Assembly (NCBI GenBank): GCA_950097015.1
Contig: CATNEN010000031.1
Location: forward strand, 310,001 to 374,000
Origin: Macrostomum hystrix
Taxonomy: Eukaryota; Animalia; Platyhelminthes
Direction of reading: 5' to 3'
Length of the DNA stretch: 64,000 nucleotides
Both the position numbers and the translations under genes were made by a program. Positions 1 to 11,193 of the stretch are shown one piece after another. Under the pieces are notes generated by a model, which was not told the origin of the DNA, made no database searches, and was given only the letters and a program-made list of their open reading frames with translations. Numbering within the stretch: position 1 is the first letter of the stretch; each line of letters starts with the position of its first letter.

Positions 1-174
1 CTGAGGAAATGATGGGCTAGGGATTCCTGAACAATTGGTGGGGATCTGAGGAAATGATGGACTAGGGATTCCTGAACAATTGGTGGGGATCTGAGGAAAT
101 GATGGACTAGGGATTCCTGAACAATTGGTGGGGATCTGAGGAAATGATGGACTAGGGATTCCTGAACAATTGGT
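1..174. repeat. 45-bp tandem repeat, ~3.9 copies, cut by the window start
   Basis: Unit ctgaggaaatgatggactagggattcctgaacaattggtggggat recurs at 1, 46, 91 and 136. Confidence 0.9.
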
Positions 175-700
175 TTGAGCTATTAATTGTTTGTTTTTTT
201 CCATGTTAGCTAACTAGAAGTTTTTTTCTTTAGTTTTCTGTACATTTTATTTAGCAATCTTATTTGCATACTGTTTAGATATTTTCTACTTTCATTTTTA
301 CTCACAGCCTTTCGCCTTGATTAGGCTAGGCCTCTCATTCTATGGCCAACAATTGTTGCTATCCTTCATGCCAGCAAATTATGTCTGTTGTTTTTCTTCT
401 ATTAGCTCGTATTTCAGTTTCTTTTTACTTCTAAAAGCAGCAAAGTCAACCGTTGGCCTTTTGAAAAAATATATGCTTTAAGTTCAAGTTCATTCAGAAG
501 ACGCTTGCGAGTGTGAGCTTTTGCTGTTGCAACAGACTAATTTTTTCAATTGTTCCTGTTTTACTTCATCCTTAGTGGCAGGGCGGCTGTACTTAGGCTA
601 GACAAGTAAGTAGATTTTCATAAGTCTACTTCTGCCAGTACCTGTGCATCTGTATTCTGTGTGGTTCTGTTTGCATTTGTTTCTCCGCTTTATTCTATAT

Positions 701-1445
701 TACCTGTCTCTTTGTCTGCCCGTATCTTTACCTGTCACTTTGTCTGCCCGTATCTTTACCTGTCACTTTGTCTGCCCGTATCTTTACCTGTCTCTTTGTC
801 TGCCCGTATCTTTACCTGTCACTTTGTCTGCCCGTATCTTTACCTGTCTCATTGTCTGCCCGTATCTTTACCTGTCTCTTTGTCTGCCCGTATCTTTACC
901 TGTCTCTTTGTCTGCCCGTATCTTTACCTGTCTCTTTGTCTGCCCGTATCTTTACCTGTCTCATTGTCTGCCCGTATCTTTACCTGTCTCTTTGTCTGCC
1001 CGTATCTTTACCTGTCTCTTTGTCTGCCCGTATCTTTACCTGTCTCTTTGTCTGCCCGTATCTTTACCTGTCTCTTTGTCTGCCCGTATCTTTACCTGTC
1101 ACTTTGTCTGCCCGTATCTTTACCTGTCACTTTGTCTGCCCGTATCTTTACCTGTCACTTTGTCTGCCCGTATCTTTACCTGTCTCTTTGTCTGCCCGTA
1201 TCTTTACCTGTCTCTTTGTCTGCCCGTATCTTTACCTGTCTCATTGTCTGCCCGTATCTTTACCTGTCTCTTTGTCTGCCCGTATCTTTACCTGTCTCTT
1301 TGTCTGCCCGTATCTTTACCTGTCTCTTTGTCTGCCCGTATCTTTACCTGTCACTTTGTCTGCCCGTATCTTTACCTGTCTCTTTGTCTGCCCGGATCTT
1401 TACCTGTCTCTTTGTCTGCCCGTATCTTTACCTGTCACTTTGTCT
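701..1445. repeat. 28-bp minisatellite, ~26 copies
   Basis: Unit tgtctgcccgtatctttacctgtctctt with cact/tcat variants; explains ORFs 644..2104, 661..1602 and 768..1931. Confidence 0.95.
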
Positions 1446-1467
1446 CAGTTTCAAGTCATCCTTCCGT

Positions 1468-2085
1468 CTGTCTCCTACCTGTCTGTCCGTCTCCCAACTG
1501 TCCGTATCTTACCTGTCCGTCTCCTACCTGTCCGTCTCCTACAAGTCCGTCTCCTACCTGTCCGTCTCCTACCTGTCCGTCTCCTACCTGTCCGTCTCCT
1601 AGCTGTCCGTCTCCTAGCTGTCCATCTCCTAGCTATCCGTCTCCTACCTGTATGCCTCCTAGCTGTCCGTCTCCTACCTGTCTGTCTCCTAGCTGTCTGT
1701 CTCCTACCTGTATGCCTCCGAGCTGTCCGTCTCCTACCTGTATGCCTCCTAGCTGTCCGTCTCCTACCTGTCCGTATCTTACCTGTCCGTCTCCTACCTG
1801 TATGCCTCCTAGCTGTCCGTCTCCTACCTGTCCGTATCTTACCTGTCCGTCTCCTACCTGTATGCCTCCTAGCTGTCCGTCTCCTACCTGTCCGTATCTT
1901 ACCTGTCCGTCTCCTACCTGTCCGCATCTAACCTGTCCGTCTCCTACCTGTCCGTCTCCTACCTGCCCATCTCCTGCCAGTCCTTATCTTACCTGTCCGC
2001 ATCTAACCTGTCCGTCTCCTACCTGCCCATCTCCTGCCAGTCCGTATCTTACTTGTCCGCATCCAAACTGTCTGTCTTCGATCCT
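1468..2085. repeat. 15-bp minisatellite, ~40 copies
   Basis: Unit cctgtccgtctccta with variants; directly abuts the 28-bp array. Confidence 0.9.
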
Positions 2086-2284
2086 TCTGTCTTCCTGTTT
2101 GTAAATCTGTCAATCCCTACAGCCTATTTAACCTACTCGCAATCGAGGTATTGCTATCATAGGCAGTACGTGAAAATTTAAATAATGAACAAATTTTTCG
2201 CCATTTCAGACTAGTCAAAGTACAAGCCGCGGCGGCGGCAGTGGCGGCAAAGCATCACTTGGCGACCGCCTAATCGGCATTCTG

Positions 2285-5210
2285 ATGCGCATTTTCCTGG
2301 GCACAATGCGCCCTCTAGCCGGCTTCTGCTTCGAACTGGCCAACCGGCTCTTTATCACTCGTCGCCGGGTGCCTCCGCTTGAGAACGATCTGCTGAGAAA
2401 GTCGGCGGTTGAGCTGGCCGACGCCATCAGGCGGCGCGATATCACCAGCGAGGCGGCCGTCCGGGCCTGCATCGACCGGATGCGGCTAGTGCATCCCATT
2501 ATTAACGCTGTGGTCTGGGAGAGGTTGGCTGCTGACTTTTGCATTCGCTTGTTTTATTTTCTCTGTAAACTTTGCTACCCTTTGCTTTCTGGAGCTTAAG
2601 GGAGCTTGCTCGAGACGTTAGGAGTTCGAATCTTCACCCTCGGGAAGCAGTTTGTATCCTTTTAACTTTGTGTCTGTGGGCATCATGATTGCTCATAATC
2701 TGTGGTCATTATAATTGATCATATTAGACAATCAGCTATAGAGGGGTCAGTGGCAGAGCGGTTACGCGTTTGCTTCTCGCACCACGGTCCCTGAGCTCGA
2801 TTCCGCAGTGAGGCCACATTAAATCGGAGTGCAGCTGCGGAGAGAAGGCTTTGGGGCTTGTCGTGCAATTTACGTCCTTGAGGGCCAACCTCTAAAGTCA
2901 GGGCAGATGTACACACCTGTGTGAGCGTATGCCTGCGTACGGTATCTGTGTGCGTGTGTGCTCAGGAGTCAGTCAGGGCAGAATTGCCTCTGCTGGCTGC
3001 AGGTCTAGTGTCACCAAACGAATTGCTATTGCCCGCAGCCCTCCTGCAATTATTATTATTATCATCAGCTGTAGGACCATATTCAGTGATGATTTACATC
3101 TTCAGCCCACCCTGTCCTGTGAGCCAGGTACGAAGCGGCCCTGGAAGATGCCAAGCAGGTGGACGCCAAGCTGGACTCTGATCCCAACAATCCCGAATGG
3201 AGCCGCGAGGCCAAGCCATTCTTCGGTGTGCCAGTCAGCGTTAAGGAGGCCTTCGGCTTAGTCGGCGGCACCCAGTCTGTCGGCCTGTGGCTGCGGGCCA
3301 GCGTGCGCTCCGAGCACGACGCTCTGTGCGTCCAGCGAATGAAGGCGGCCGGCTGCATACCGCTTGGCCTCACTAACGTCAGCGAACTGTGCATGTGGTG
3401 GGAGTCGCATAATAGGGTCAACGGTGTCACCAAGAATCCCTACGATAATCGGCACATCGCGGGCGGCAGCAGCGGCGGTGAAGGCTCAGTGGTGGCAGCC
3501 GGTGCCGCCCCAGTCGGCCTTGGCTCGGACATCGGCGGCAGCATTCGAATGCCGGCATTCTTCAACGGCGTGTTTGGTCACAAGGCCACCGCCTACATGA
3601 TCCCGAACGATGGCCAGTACCCGGATGCTATCGCCGAGGGCCGCTACTTCATGCTCAGCGGACCCATTGTGAGCCACGCCGAGGATCTGCTACCAATGGT
3701 CCGCCTGATGGCCGGGCCTGAGAACTCAGCCAAGCTGCTCATCCGGCCGTCTGACCCGAAGCCAGATCTGAAGAGCCTTAAGTTCTACTATATGGAAGGT
3801 GAGCGCCATGGCGACAGGAGAGAGAGAGAGAGGTAGATGTGGTGGTGGAGAGGGAGAGAGAGATGCGGTGGTGGAGAGGGAGAGAGATGCGGTGGTGGAG
3901 AGGGAGAGAGAGATGCGGTGGTGGAGAGGGAGAGAGAGATGCGATGGTGGAGAGGGAGAGAGAGATGCGGTGGTGGAGAGGGAGAGAGAGATGCGGTGGT
4001 GGAGAGGGAGAGAGATGCGGTGGTGGAGAGAGAGATGCGGTGGTGGAGAGAGAGATGCGGTGGTAGAGAGATGCGGTGGTGTAGAGAGAGATGCGGTGGT
4101 AGAGAGATTCGGTGGTGGAGAGGGAGAGAGATGCGGTGGTAGGAGAGTGAGATGCGGTGGTGGAGAGAGATGCGGTGGTGGAGAGAGATGCGGTGGTGGA
4201 GAGAGATGCGGTGGTGGAGATAGATGCGGTGGTGGAGAGAGATGCGGTGGTGGAGATAGATGCGGTGGTGGAGATAGATGCGGTGGTGGAGATAGATGCG
4301 GTGGTGGAGAGAGATGCGGTGGTGGAGATAGATGCGGTGGTGGAGAGAGATGCGGTGGTGGAGAGAGATGCGGTGGTGGAGAGAGATGCGGTGGTGGAGA
4401 TAGATGCGGTGGTGGAGAGAGATGCGGTGGTGGAGATAGATGCGGTGGTGGAGAGAGATGCGGTGGTGAAAGTTCTGAATGCTATGCTTTTTATAATTGG
4501 AAGAACTTTTAACTCTGAGTTTGAAGCTATCAGTTGCTAAAAGTCGCTGCCCGCAATGCCATTCCTTATGCTCGGCAGACAGCGGCGACACCATCTGGTG
4601 CTCGGCCGTGGAGCCCAGCATTCGGCAGTGCATCCGGGACGCCGCCAATTACCTAAGCGCCGACCTTGGCCTGTCTGTGCAGCAGGTGCAAATCCGGAAG
4701 CTACGCCTGTCGCCTCACCTCTGGTCCAGCAAGATGAAGCTGTCAGGAGAGGAGAGCTTCGCTGTGCAGATGGGCGGCGGTGTGAAGCTCAACTGCTACC
4801 TGGAGCTGCTCAAATGGTTCCTGCTGTGCTCCAAGCACACCCTGCCAGCCATTGGCCTGGGCCTATTTGAACAGTTCGGCTCACCTGCTCTGGACAGGCG
4901 ACTGGCTGCCATCTGCGACCAGCTGAAGGCCGAGATGGAGGAGCTGCTGGGCGATGACGGAGTGTTCCTGTACCCGGCCCACCCCACCTCCGCGCCCTAT
5001 CATCACCAGCCGCTGTTCCTGTTGTTCAACTTTGCCTACACTGGCATCTTCAATGTGCTGGGCCTGCCAGCCACCAGCATTCCAATGGGACTGGATGGCA
5101 AAGGCCTGCCAATTGGACTGCAGGCGGTGGCCAATATGCACAATGACCGCTACACCCTGCTGGTGGCCGAGGTGCTCGAGAAACGATTCGGCGGTTGGGT
5201 TCGGCCGTGA
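2285..5210 (+). CDS. FAAH2: Fatty-acid amide hydrolase 2-like amidase-signature enzyme, 3 exons, ~513 aa
   Basis: Exons 2285-2523, 3128-3798 and 4579-5210 join in frame via GT-AG introns (1542 nt). Amidase signature: GVPVSVKEAF (catalytic Lys), GGSSGGEG and GSDIGGSIRMPAFFNGVFGHK. C-terminal GLPATSIPMGLDGKGLPIGLQ. The frame stays open upstream to an acceptor at 2208-2209. Confidence 0.93.
3820..4468. repeat. ~18-bp purine-rich minisatellite in FAAH2 intron 2
   Basis: Unit gagagatgcggtggtgga with variable (GA)n spacer; lies between donor 3799 and acceptor 4578. Confidence 0.92.
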
Positions 5211-6429
5211 ATACTCTGGTATACTGGAATACTTTGGTGAATACTCTGCTGAATCAGAAGAAACCAAGGCTCGTTTGTTACATTTGTTTTATCAATTAAG
5301 GAGCTTGTGGCCGAATTACTTCGGAGGTCTGAAGTTCGAATCTCACAGGGGAAAGACATTGTGGCCTAGAAAAAAACTTGAAAACATTTTTTCCATGCTA
5401 TAAAACTAGCCCAACAGAACTAGGTGTCGTTTTTAATTTGAAAATTCTATTCATTAGAAATCAAAGCAAACTAACAATTTTCTATCAAAGCTAGTACTCT
5501 AGGACCCGCATTGTTTCCCCTCGTCGGAGATTCGAACCCCTGACGTCTGATTAGTAGTGCAAACCAAGTGACAATAGACAATAGACAAGAATTTATAAAT
5601 AATTTGCGTCGGTCACTCTGTGAGAGTTTGTTTTTATTTCATCATTTGTTTAATTCCTGCAGACTTTAAACGTTAGTGTTTTTATCGCAAAGAAATAACA
5701 CGAATATGTGTCTATTCTATTCCTTCCTTTTTAAAGTTTTTAATCCTGCTCTCTATGCCCTGGCCATACTACTACTTAAGAAGAATTTATTTTTTTCATA
5801 CTTCTTTCTCCTAGCTTTAGCTCTGTGGACCACAACTGATGTTGATATATATTTATACCTATTTAAAAGCATAGATTTCAGTCTTTTTGATCGTTTCATT
5901 TTCATTGCTCTATTCTCAATGCAGTTTTTTAATTTGGTTCCCGGCTCGGGTTAGACGGCAATTGTAATTATTTAGCTAACTATTCAATTACATTGCGTAA
6001 TATTATTCAATGCCTGCAATTCTTGAAGGTAGGCTTTCTTTTTAAAGTGCTGATAAAGAAGATACTTTGATCGTCTAAATTGAATCGTTTAAGAAACTCG
6101 ACTAGCAAATGTACTATTAAGTAAGGTCGCCTTTCTAACAATACAGAGCGCTAACTTTGCTCTAATTTCTGTCAATCTAGCCGATTTTATTCTAATTAAT
6201 TTATGTTAAGCTTCAGCAGTCATTAATATAAGCTTTCACTACAGGTTCCTTGCTAATTAAAATGACAAGCATAACTCCTGCTTAGAAACGTTCTGGCCTT
6301 ACCGTTCTGATCTTCCTTCATTTTCCTTTGTCTTCAGATCTATTTCGGAAAACTTAAAGCTGTGTCTGTGCTCCCTCCCGATCGATTCCCAAATCCATAA
6401 GACTCAGTTAACGAGACTCTGTTTTAAAC

Positions 6430-6890
6430 AGATCCTTGTGTCCACTACACATCGATCCTTGTGTCCACTACACATCGATCCTTGTGTCCACTACACATCG
6501 ATCCTTGTGTCCACTACAGATCCTAGTGTCCACTGCAGATGTTTGTGTCCACTGCAGATGCTTGTGTCCACTGCAGATGCTTGTGTCCACAACAGATCCT
6601 TGTGTCCACTGCAGATCCTTGTGTCCACTACACATCGATCCTTGTGTCCACTACAGATCCTTGTGCCCACTGCAGATGTTTGTGTCCACTGCAGATGCTT
6701 GTGTCCACTGCAGATGCTTGTGTCCACTGCAGATGTTTGTGTCCACTGCAGATGCTTGTGTCCACTGCAGATGCTTGTGTCCACTGCAGATGCTTGTGTC
6801 CACTGCAGATGTTTGTGTCCATTGCAGATGCTTGTCTCCACAACAGATCCTTGTGTCTAACTGCAATCCAAATTCTTGTGTCCACTGTAC
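6430..6890. repeat. Mixed 19/23-bp minisatellite
   Basis: Units ttgtgtccactgcagatgc (19 bp) and atccttgtgtccactacacatcg (23 bp) share the core ttgtgtccact. Confidence 0.9.
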
Positions 6891-6978
6891 GCTAAGATTG
6901 TCTGAATAAATTATACAATCGCTACTAGCTAGTAATATGCAAAGAGCATTAACTCTGCACTGTTACAGTTGGTCGCTG

Positions 6979-8847
6979 ATGTTGCATGTAGTCCAGAGTG
7001 CCGGATCAGAAGTTGCTTTCGATGGGAGGCTGAAAGAACTATCGACTTATAAATTGTCTTCGGTGAGTGTTCACAGAATTTTAACAAATCGATTATATAT
7101 TTATTTACGACAAGATAAAGCAAGTTTTGATTTGAAAAATTTCAACTCGCCAGGCACCGGACAGCCTGTACTACCTACCGAACTTTGTCACCAAGGAGCA
7201 AGAGTCCGATCTGCTCAATCGAGTCTACTCAGCGCCTAAGCCGCGCTGGACTTGCCTGAGCAATCGGCGACTGCAGAACTGGGGCGGCCTGCCGCACCCG
7301 CGCGGCATGGTGGCCGAGCCCTTGCCCGACTGGCTGAACCGTCTCATCGACCGCGTGATCGAGACTGGCGCCTTCACGGGCCGACCGAATCACGTGCTGG
7401 TCAATGAGTACCTAGCTGGTCAGGTGAGCACTGCTGATTTGTGTGGAATCTTGTTTTCCCCACAAAAATTGGGGATCTTGTGTTAGGATAAATGTGTGAT
7501 GCTCTGAGTTGGGATCTTTAAATGTGTGATGCTCTGAGTTGGGATCTTTAAATGTGTGATGCTCTGAGTTGGGATCTTTAAATGTGTGATGCTCTGAGTT
7601 GGGATCTTTAAATGTGTGATGCTCTGAGTTGGGATCTAAAAAATTTGTGATGCTCTGAGTTGGGATCTTTAAATGTGTGATGCTCTGAGTTGGGATCTTT
7701 AAATGTGTGATGCTCTGAGTTGGGATCTTTAAATGTGTGATGCTCTGAGTTGGGATCTAAAAAATTTGTGATGCTCTGAGTTGGGATCTTTAAATGTGTG
7801 ATGCTCTGAGTTGGGATCTTTAAATGTGTGATGCTCTGAGTTGGGATCTTTAAATGTGTGATGCTCTGATTTGGTATCTTTAAATGTGTGATGCTCTGAG
7901 TTGGGATCTAAAAAATTTGTGATGCTCTGAGTTGGGATCTTTAAATGTGTGATGCTCTGTGTTGGGATCTAAAAAATGTGTGATGTTCTGAGTTTGGATT
8001 TTTGAAGTTATGAACCTGTGAGTTGGAATCTTAGAATTTTTAGAACTTTTGAGTTAAGATCTTGGGATGTGTGAACATATTATATTTTTCTCATGTTTCT
8101 CTAAGATATAGCCTCTGGCATGTTTGAATCCTCTGATTTGGGATCTGTTAATCCTCATTCGTATTTGGGATTTGATTTACCAGAAAGCGGTCTGTGCTCC
8201 GGATCCCCCACCCGCCCCTCAGGGCATCATGCCGCATCACGACGGCTCACTCTACGAGCCGACGGTGGCCACCGTGTCTCTGGGCAGCCACACCCTGCTG
8301 GATTTCTACTCGCCTGTACCGCCAGACAGCGAGGCCGGCGGCGCCAGTATGGCCAGCCGCTACTTGGGCTCCACTTTGCTGGAGCCGCGCAGTCTGGTGC
8401 TGTTGACCGGCCTGATGTACACCAGGTACACTGAACACCGGTGATTCGCTTCTGACTTTGTCAGATTAGGTTTGGGCTCACATAGTGAGAATCAGGTTTG
8501 AGTTCAGATTGTAAAGATCAGGTTTGAGTTCAGATTGTGAGAATCAGGTTTGAGTTCGGAGAATACTCTAAAAATAATACAGATAATTTTAGTACAGGTA
8601 GATTATAATAAACCGCAGGTACCTGCACGGCATTGCTGAGCGCCAATCCGATTTGATTGCGGCTGGCGATGTGTACCAACAAGCGGATGGCGGCGATGGC
8701 CAAATGGCCCGACTGTTCAATCCGCCAGCCTCAGCGGATTGTGAGGCCGGCGGGGCAGCGCTGCAGCGGGGCACTCGGGTGTCTCTCACCATCCGCCGGG
8801 TGCCGAAGGTGGCCGTCGGTATTAGCAAGCTCTTGGTGAAGCGGTAA
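6979..8847 (+). CDS. ALKBH6: AlkB homolog 6, Fe(II)/2-oxoglutarate dioxygenase, 4 exons, ~261 aa
   Basis: Exons 6979-7062, 7154-7423, 8223-8425 and 8619-8847 (786 nt). Exon 2 is absent from the ORF track and reads APDSLYYLPNFVTKEQE...RRLQNWGGLPHPRGMVAEPLPDWL...NHVLVNEY. HxD (PHHD), distal His (YLHGI) and RGTRVSLTIRRVPK match ALKBH6 as recalled. Start codon uncertain. Confidence 0.93.
7490..7995. repeat. 30-bp minisatellite in ALKBH6 intron 2, ~16 copies
   Basis: Unit aatgtgtgatgctctgagttgggatcttta. Confidence 0.93.
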
Positions 8848-8874
8848 AAGTCGACGGAACCCACTCCCTCCCTA

Positions 8875-9995
8875 TGGTGCCCATCCCCTCGTCCTGCCTA
8901 CTGGACCCTTCCTTCGTCCTGCCTACTGGTCCCCTCCCTTCGTCCTGACCACTGGTACCCTCCCTTCGTCCTGACCACTGGCACCCTCCCTTCGTCCTGA
9001 CCACTGGTACCCTCCCTTCGTCCTGACCACTGGCACCCTCCCTTCGTCCTGACCACTGGTAGTGGTACCCTCCCTTCGTCCTGACCACTGGACCCTCCCT
9101 TCGTCCTGCCTACTGGTCCCCTCCCTTCGTCCTGACCACTGGTCCCCTCCCTTCGTCCTGACCACTGGTCCCCTCCCTTCGTCCTGACCACTGGTAGTGG
9201 TACCCTCCCTTCGTCCTGACCACTGGTCCCCTCCCTTCGTCCTGCCTACTGGTCCCCTCCCTTCGTCCTGACCACTGGTCCTCTCCCTTCGTCCTGACCA
9301 CTGGACCCTCCCTTCGTCCTGCCTACTGGTCGCCTCCCTTCGTCCTGACCACTGGTCCCCTCCCTTCGTCCTGACCACTGGTCCCCTCCCTTCGTCCTGA
9401 CCACTGGTCCCCTCCCTTCGTCCTGACCACTGGACCCTCCCTTCGTCCTGCCTACTGGTCCCCTCCCTTCGTCCTGCCTACTGGTCCCCTCCCTTCGTCC
9501 TGACCACTGGTCCCCTCCCTTCGTCCTGACCACTGGTAGTGGTACCCTCCCTTCGTCCTGACCACTGGTCCCCTCCCTTCGTCCTGCCTACTGGTCCCCT
9601 CCCTTCGTCCTGACCACTGGTCCTCTCCCTTCGTCCTGACCACTGGACCCTCCCTTCGTCCTGCCTACTGGTCGCCTCCCTTCGTCCTGACCACTGGTCC
9701 CCTCCCTTCGTCCTGACCACTGGTCCCCTCTCTTCGTCCTGACCACTGGTCCCCTCTCTTCGTCCTGCCTACTGGTCCCCTCCCTTCGTCCTGACCACTG
9801 GTCCCCTCCCTTCGTCCTGACCACTGGTAGTGGTACCGTCCCTTCGTCCTGACCACTGGTCCCCTCCCTTCGTCCTGACCACTGGTAGTGGTACCCTCCC
9901 TTCGTCCTGACCACTGGTCCCCTCCCTTCGTCCTGACCACTGGTAGTGGTACCCTCCCTTCGTCCTGCCTACTGGACCCTCCCTTCGTCCTGCCC
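8875..9995. repeat. 26-bp minisatellite with a 342-bp higher-order duplication
   Basis: Unit actggtcccctcccttcgtcctgacc; begins ~30 bp after the ALKBH6 stop. Confidence 0.93.
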
Positions 9996-10668
9996 TGATG
10001 ACCGCCACGACATCGCTCGCAACTACAAAAGCGATGTACAAAACTACAAAATTACAGCATCAATTTTTTCCTAATTCTTAATACAAAGCCAAATTTAAGA
10101 AACTGCATTTAGCTAGTATGCTAAGCATATTTGTTCTATTTGTTCTATTTTTTTTCATCCTAAATAGACCAGTGCCATAGCAAATGAATATAAAAAAGTG
10201 CCTATTGCTCTTCTGACCGTCTTCATGCCGCAAAATATCAGAAATGTTTTACTAATCGCCAAATAAGTTATTTTTATGTAAAAAGTCGGGGATAAAAATT
10301 TCAGTTTTAAGTCAAGTATATAAAATATCCAGAGTTTACCGTATATTTATTTATTCAGCTCAGAAAGTGTTTCCCTGTTATCGGAAAAGAAGCATGACAA
10401 AAATAGAATATGAAAGAGTGTTATACATAAGATGAGAATACCAACAGTGCATGTATATAAAAACCAGAAGAATAGCCACATTGTTAATATTTCATTGTTT
10501 ACTTTTCACGGCAAACAATTCATATTCTGTACAAGTGGCTAGGTCAAATAGAATTAACTGAATATACGCTACACTCAGGAGTACGATAGCGATTCACAGT
10601 GGCACTACACAGTGTACTTCTAAACAGGTATGAGGCACAGATTGCTTTACACATTACCGTAACCTGTC

Positions 10669-10985
10669 GGTCATAAACAAGTTCACGGAGTCATGCAGTC
10701 TGTCATTAACAAGCTCCCAGAGTCATGCCCTCGGTCATTAAGAAGTTCTGAGAGTCATGCCCTCGTCATTAACAAGCTCCCAGAGTCATGCCCTCGTCAT
10801 TAACAAGTTCACGGAGTCATGCCCTCGGTCATTAACAAGTTCACGGAGTCTTGCAGTCTGTCATTAACAAGTTCACGGAGTCATGCAGTGGGTCATTAAC
10901 AAGCTCCTAGAGTCATGCCCTCGGTCATTAAAAAGCTCCCAAAGTCATGCCCTCGGTCATTAACAAGCTCCTAGAGTCATGTCCT
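10669..10985. repeat. 31-32-bp minisatellite, ~10 copies
   Basis: Unit cattaacaagctcccagagtcatgccctcggt with variants. Confidence 0.85.
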
Positions 10986-11193
10986 CGATGACCGATAACA
11001 AGACCGTGTATGAATCGGTCTTCGACACACATCAAAGTCTTCTGTGTGTGCAGAATTTCATAGCTCCTTGCTTGCTTGTTAGTATGACAGTCACAATCAC
11101 GGTTTTCTATCAAAGTCAAGTGGCCCAAAAACTCGCTTTAAAGCTAGGCGAATGACGACATGGAATCATCGCACTGTGTATTGACTGACGCAA

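Noticed and set aside
644-2104. 486-aa Cys/Pro-rich ORF and overlapping ORFs
   Set aside because: Translations of the 28-bp and 15-bp arrays; open in all three frames, with no coding-style flanks.
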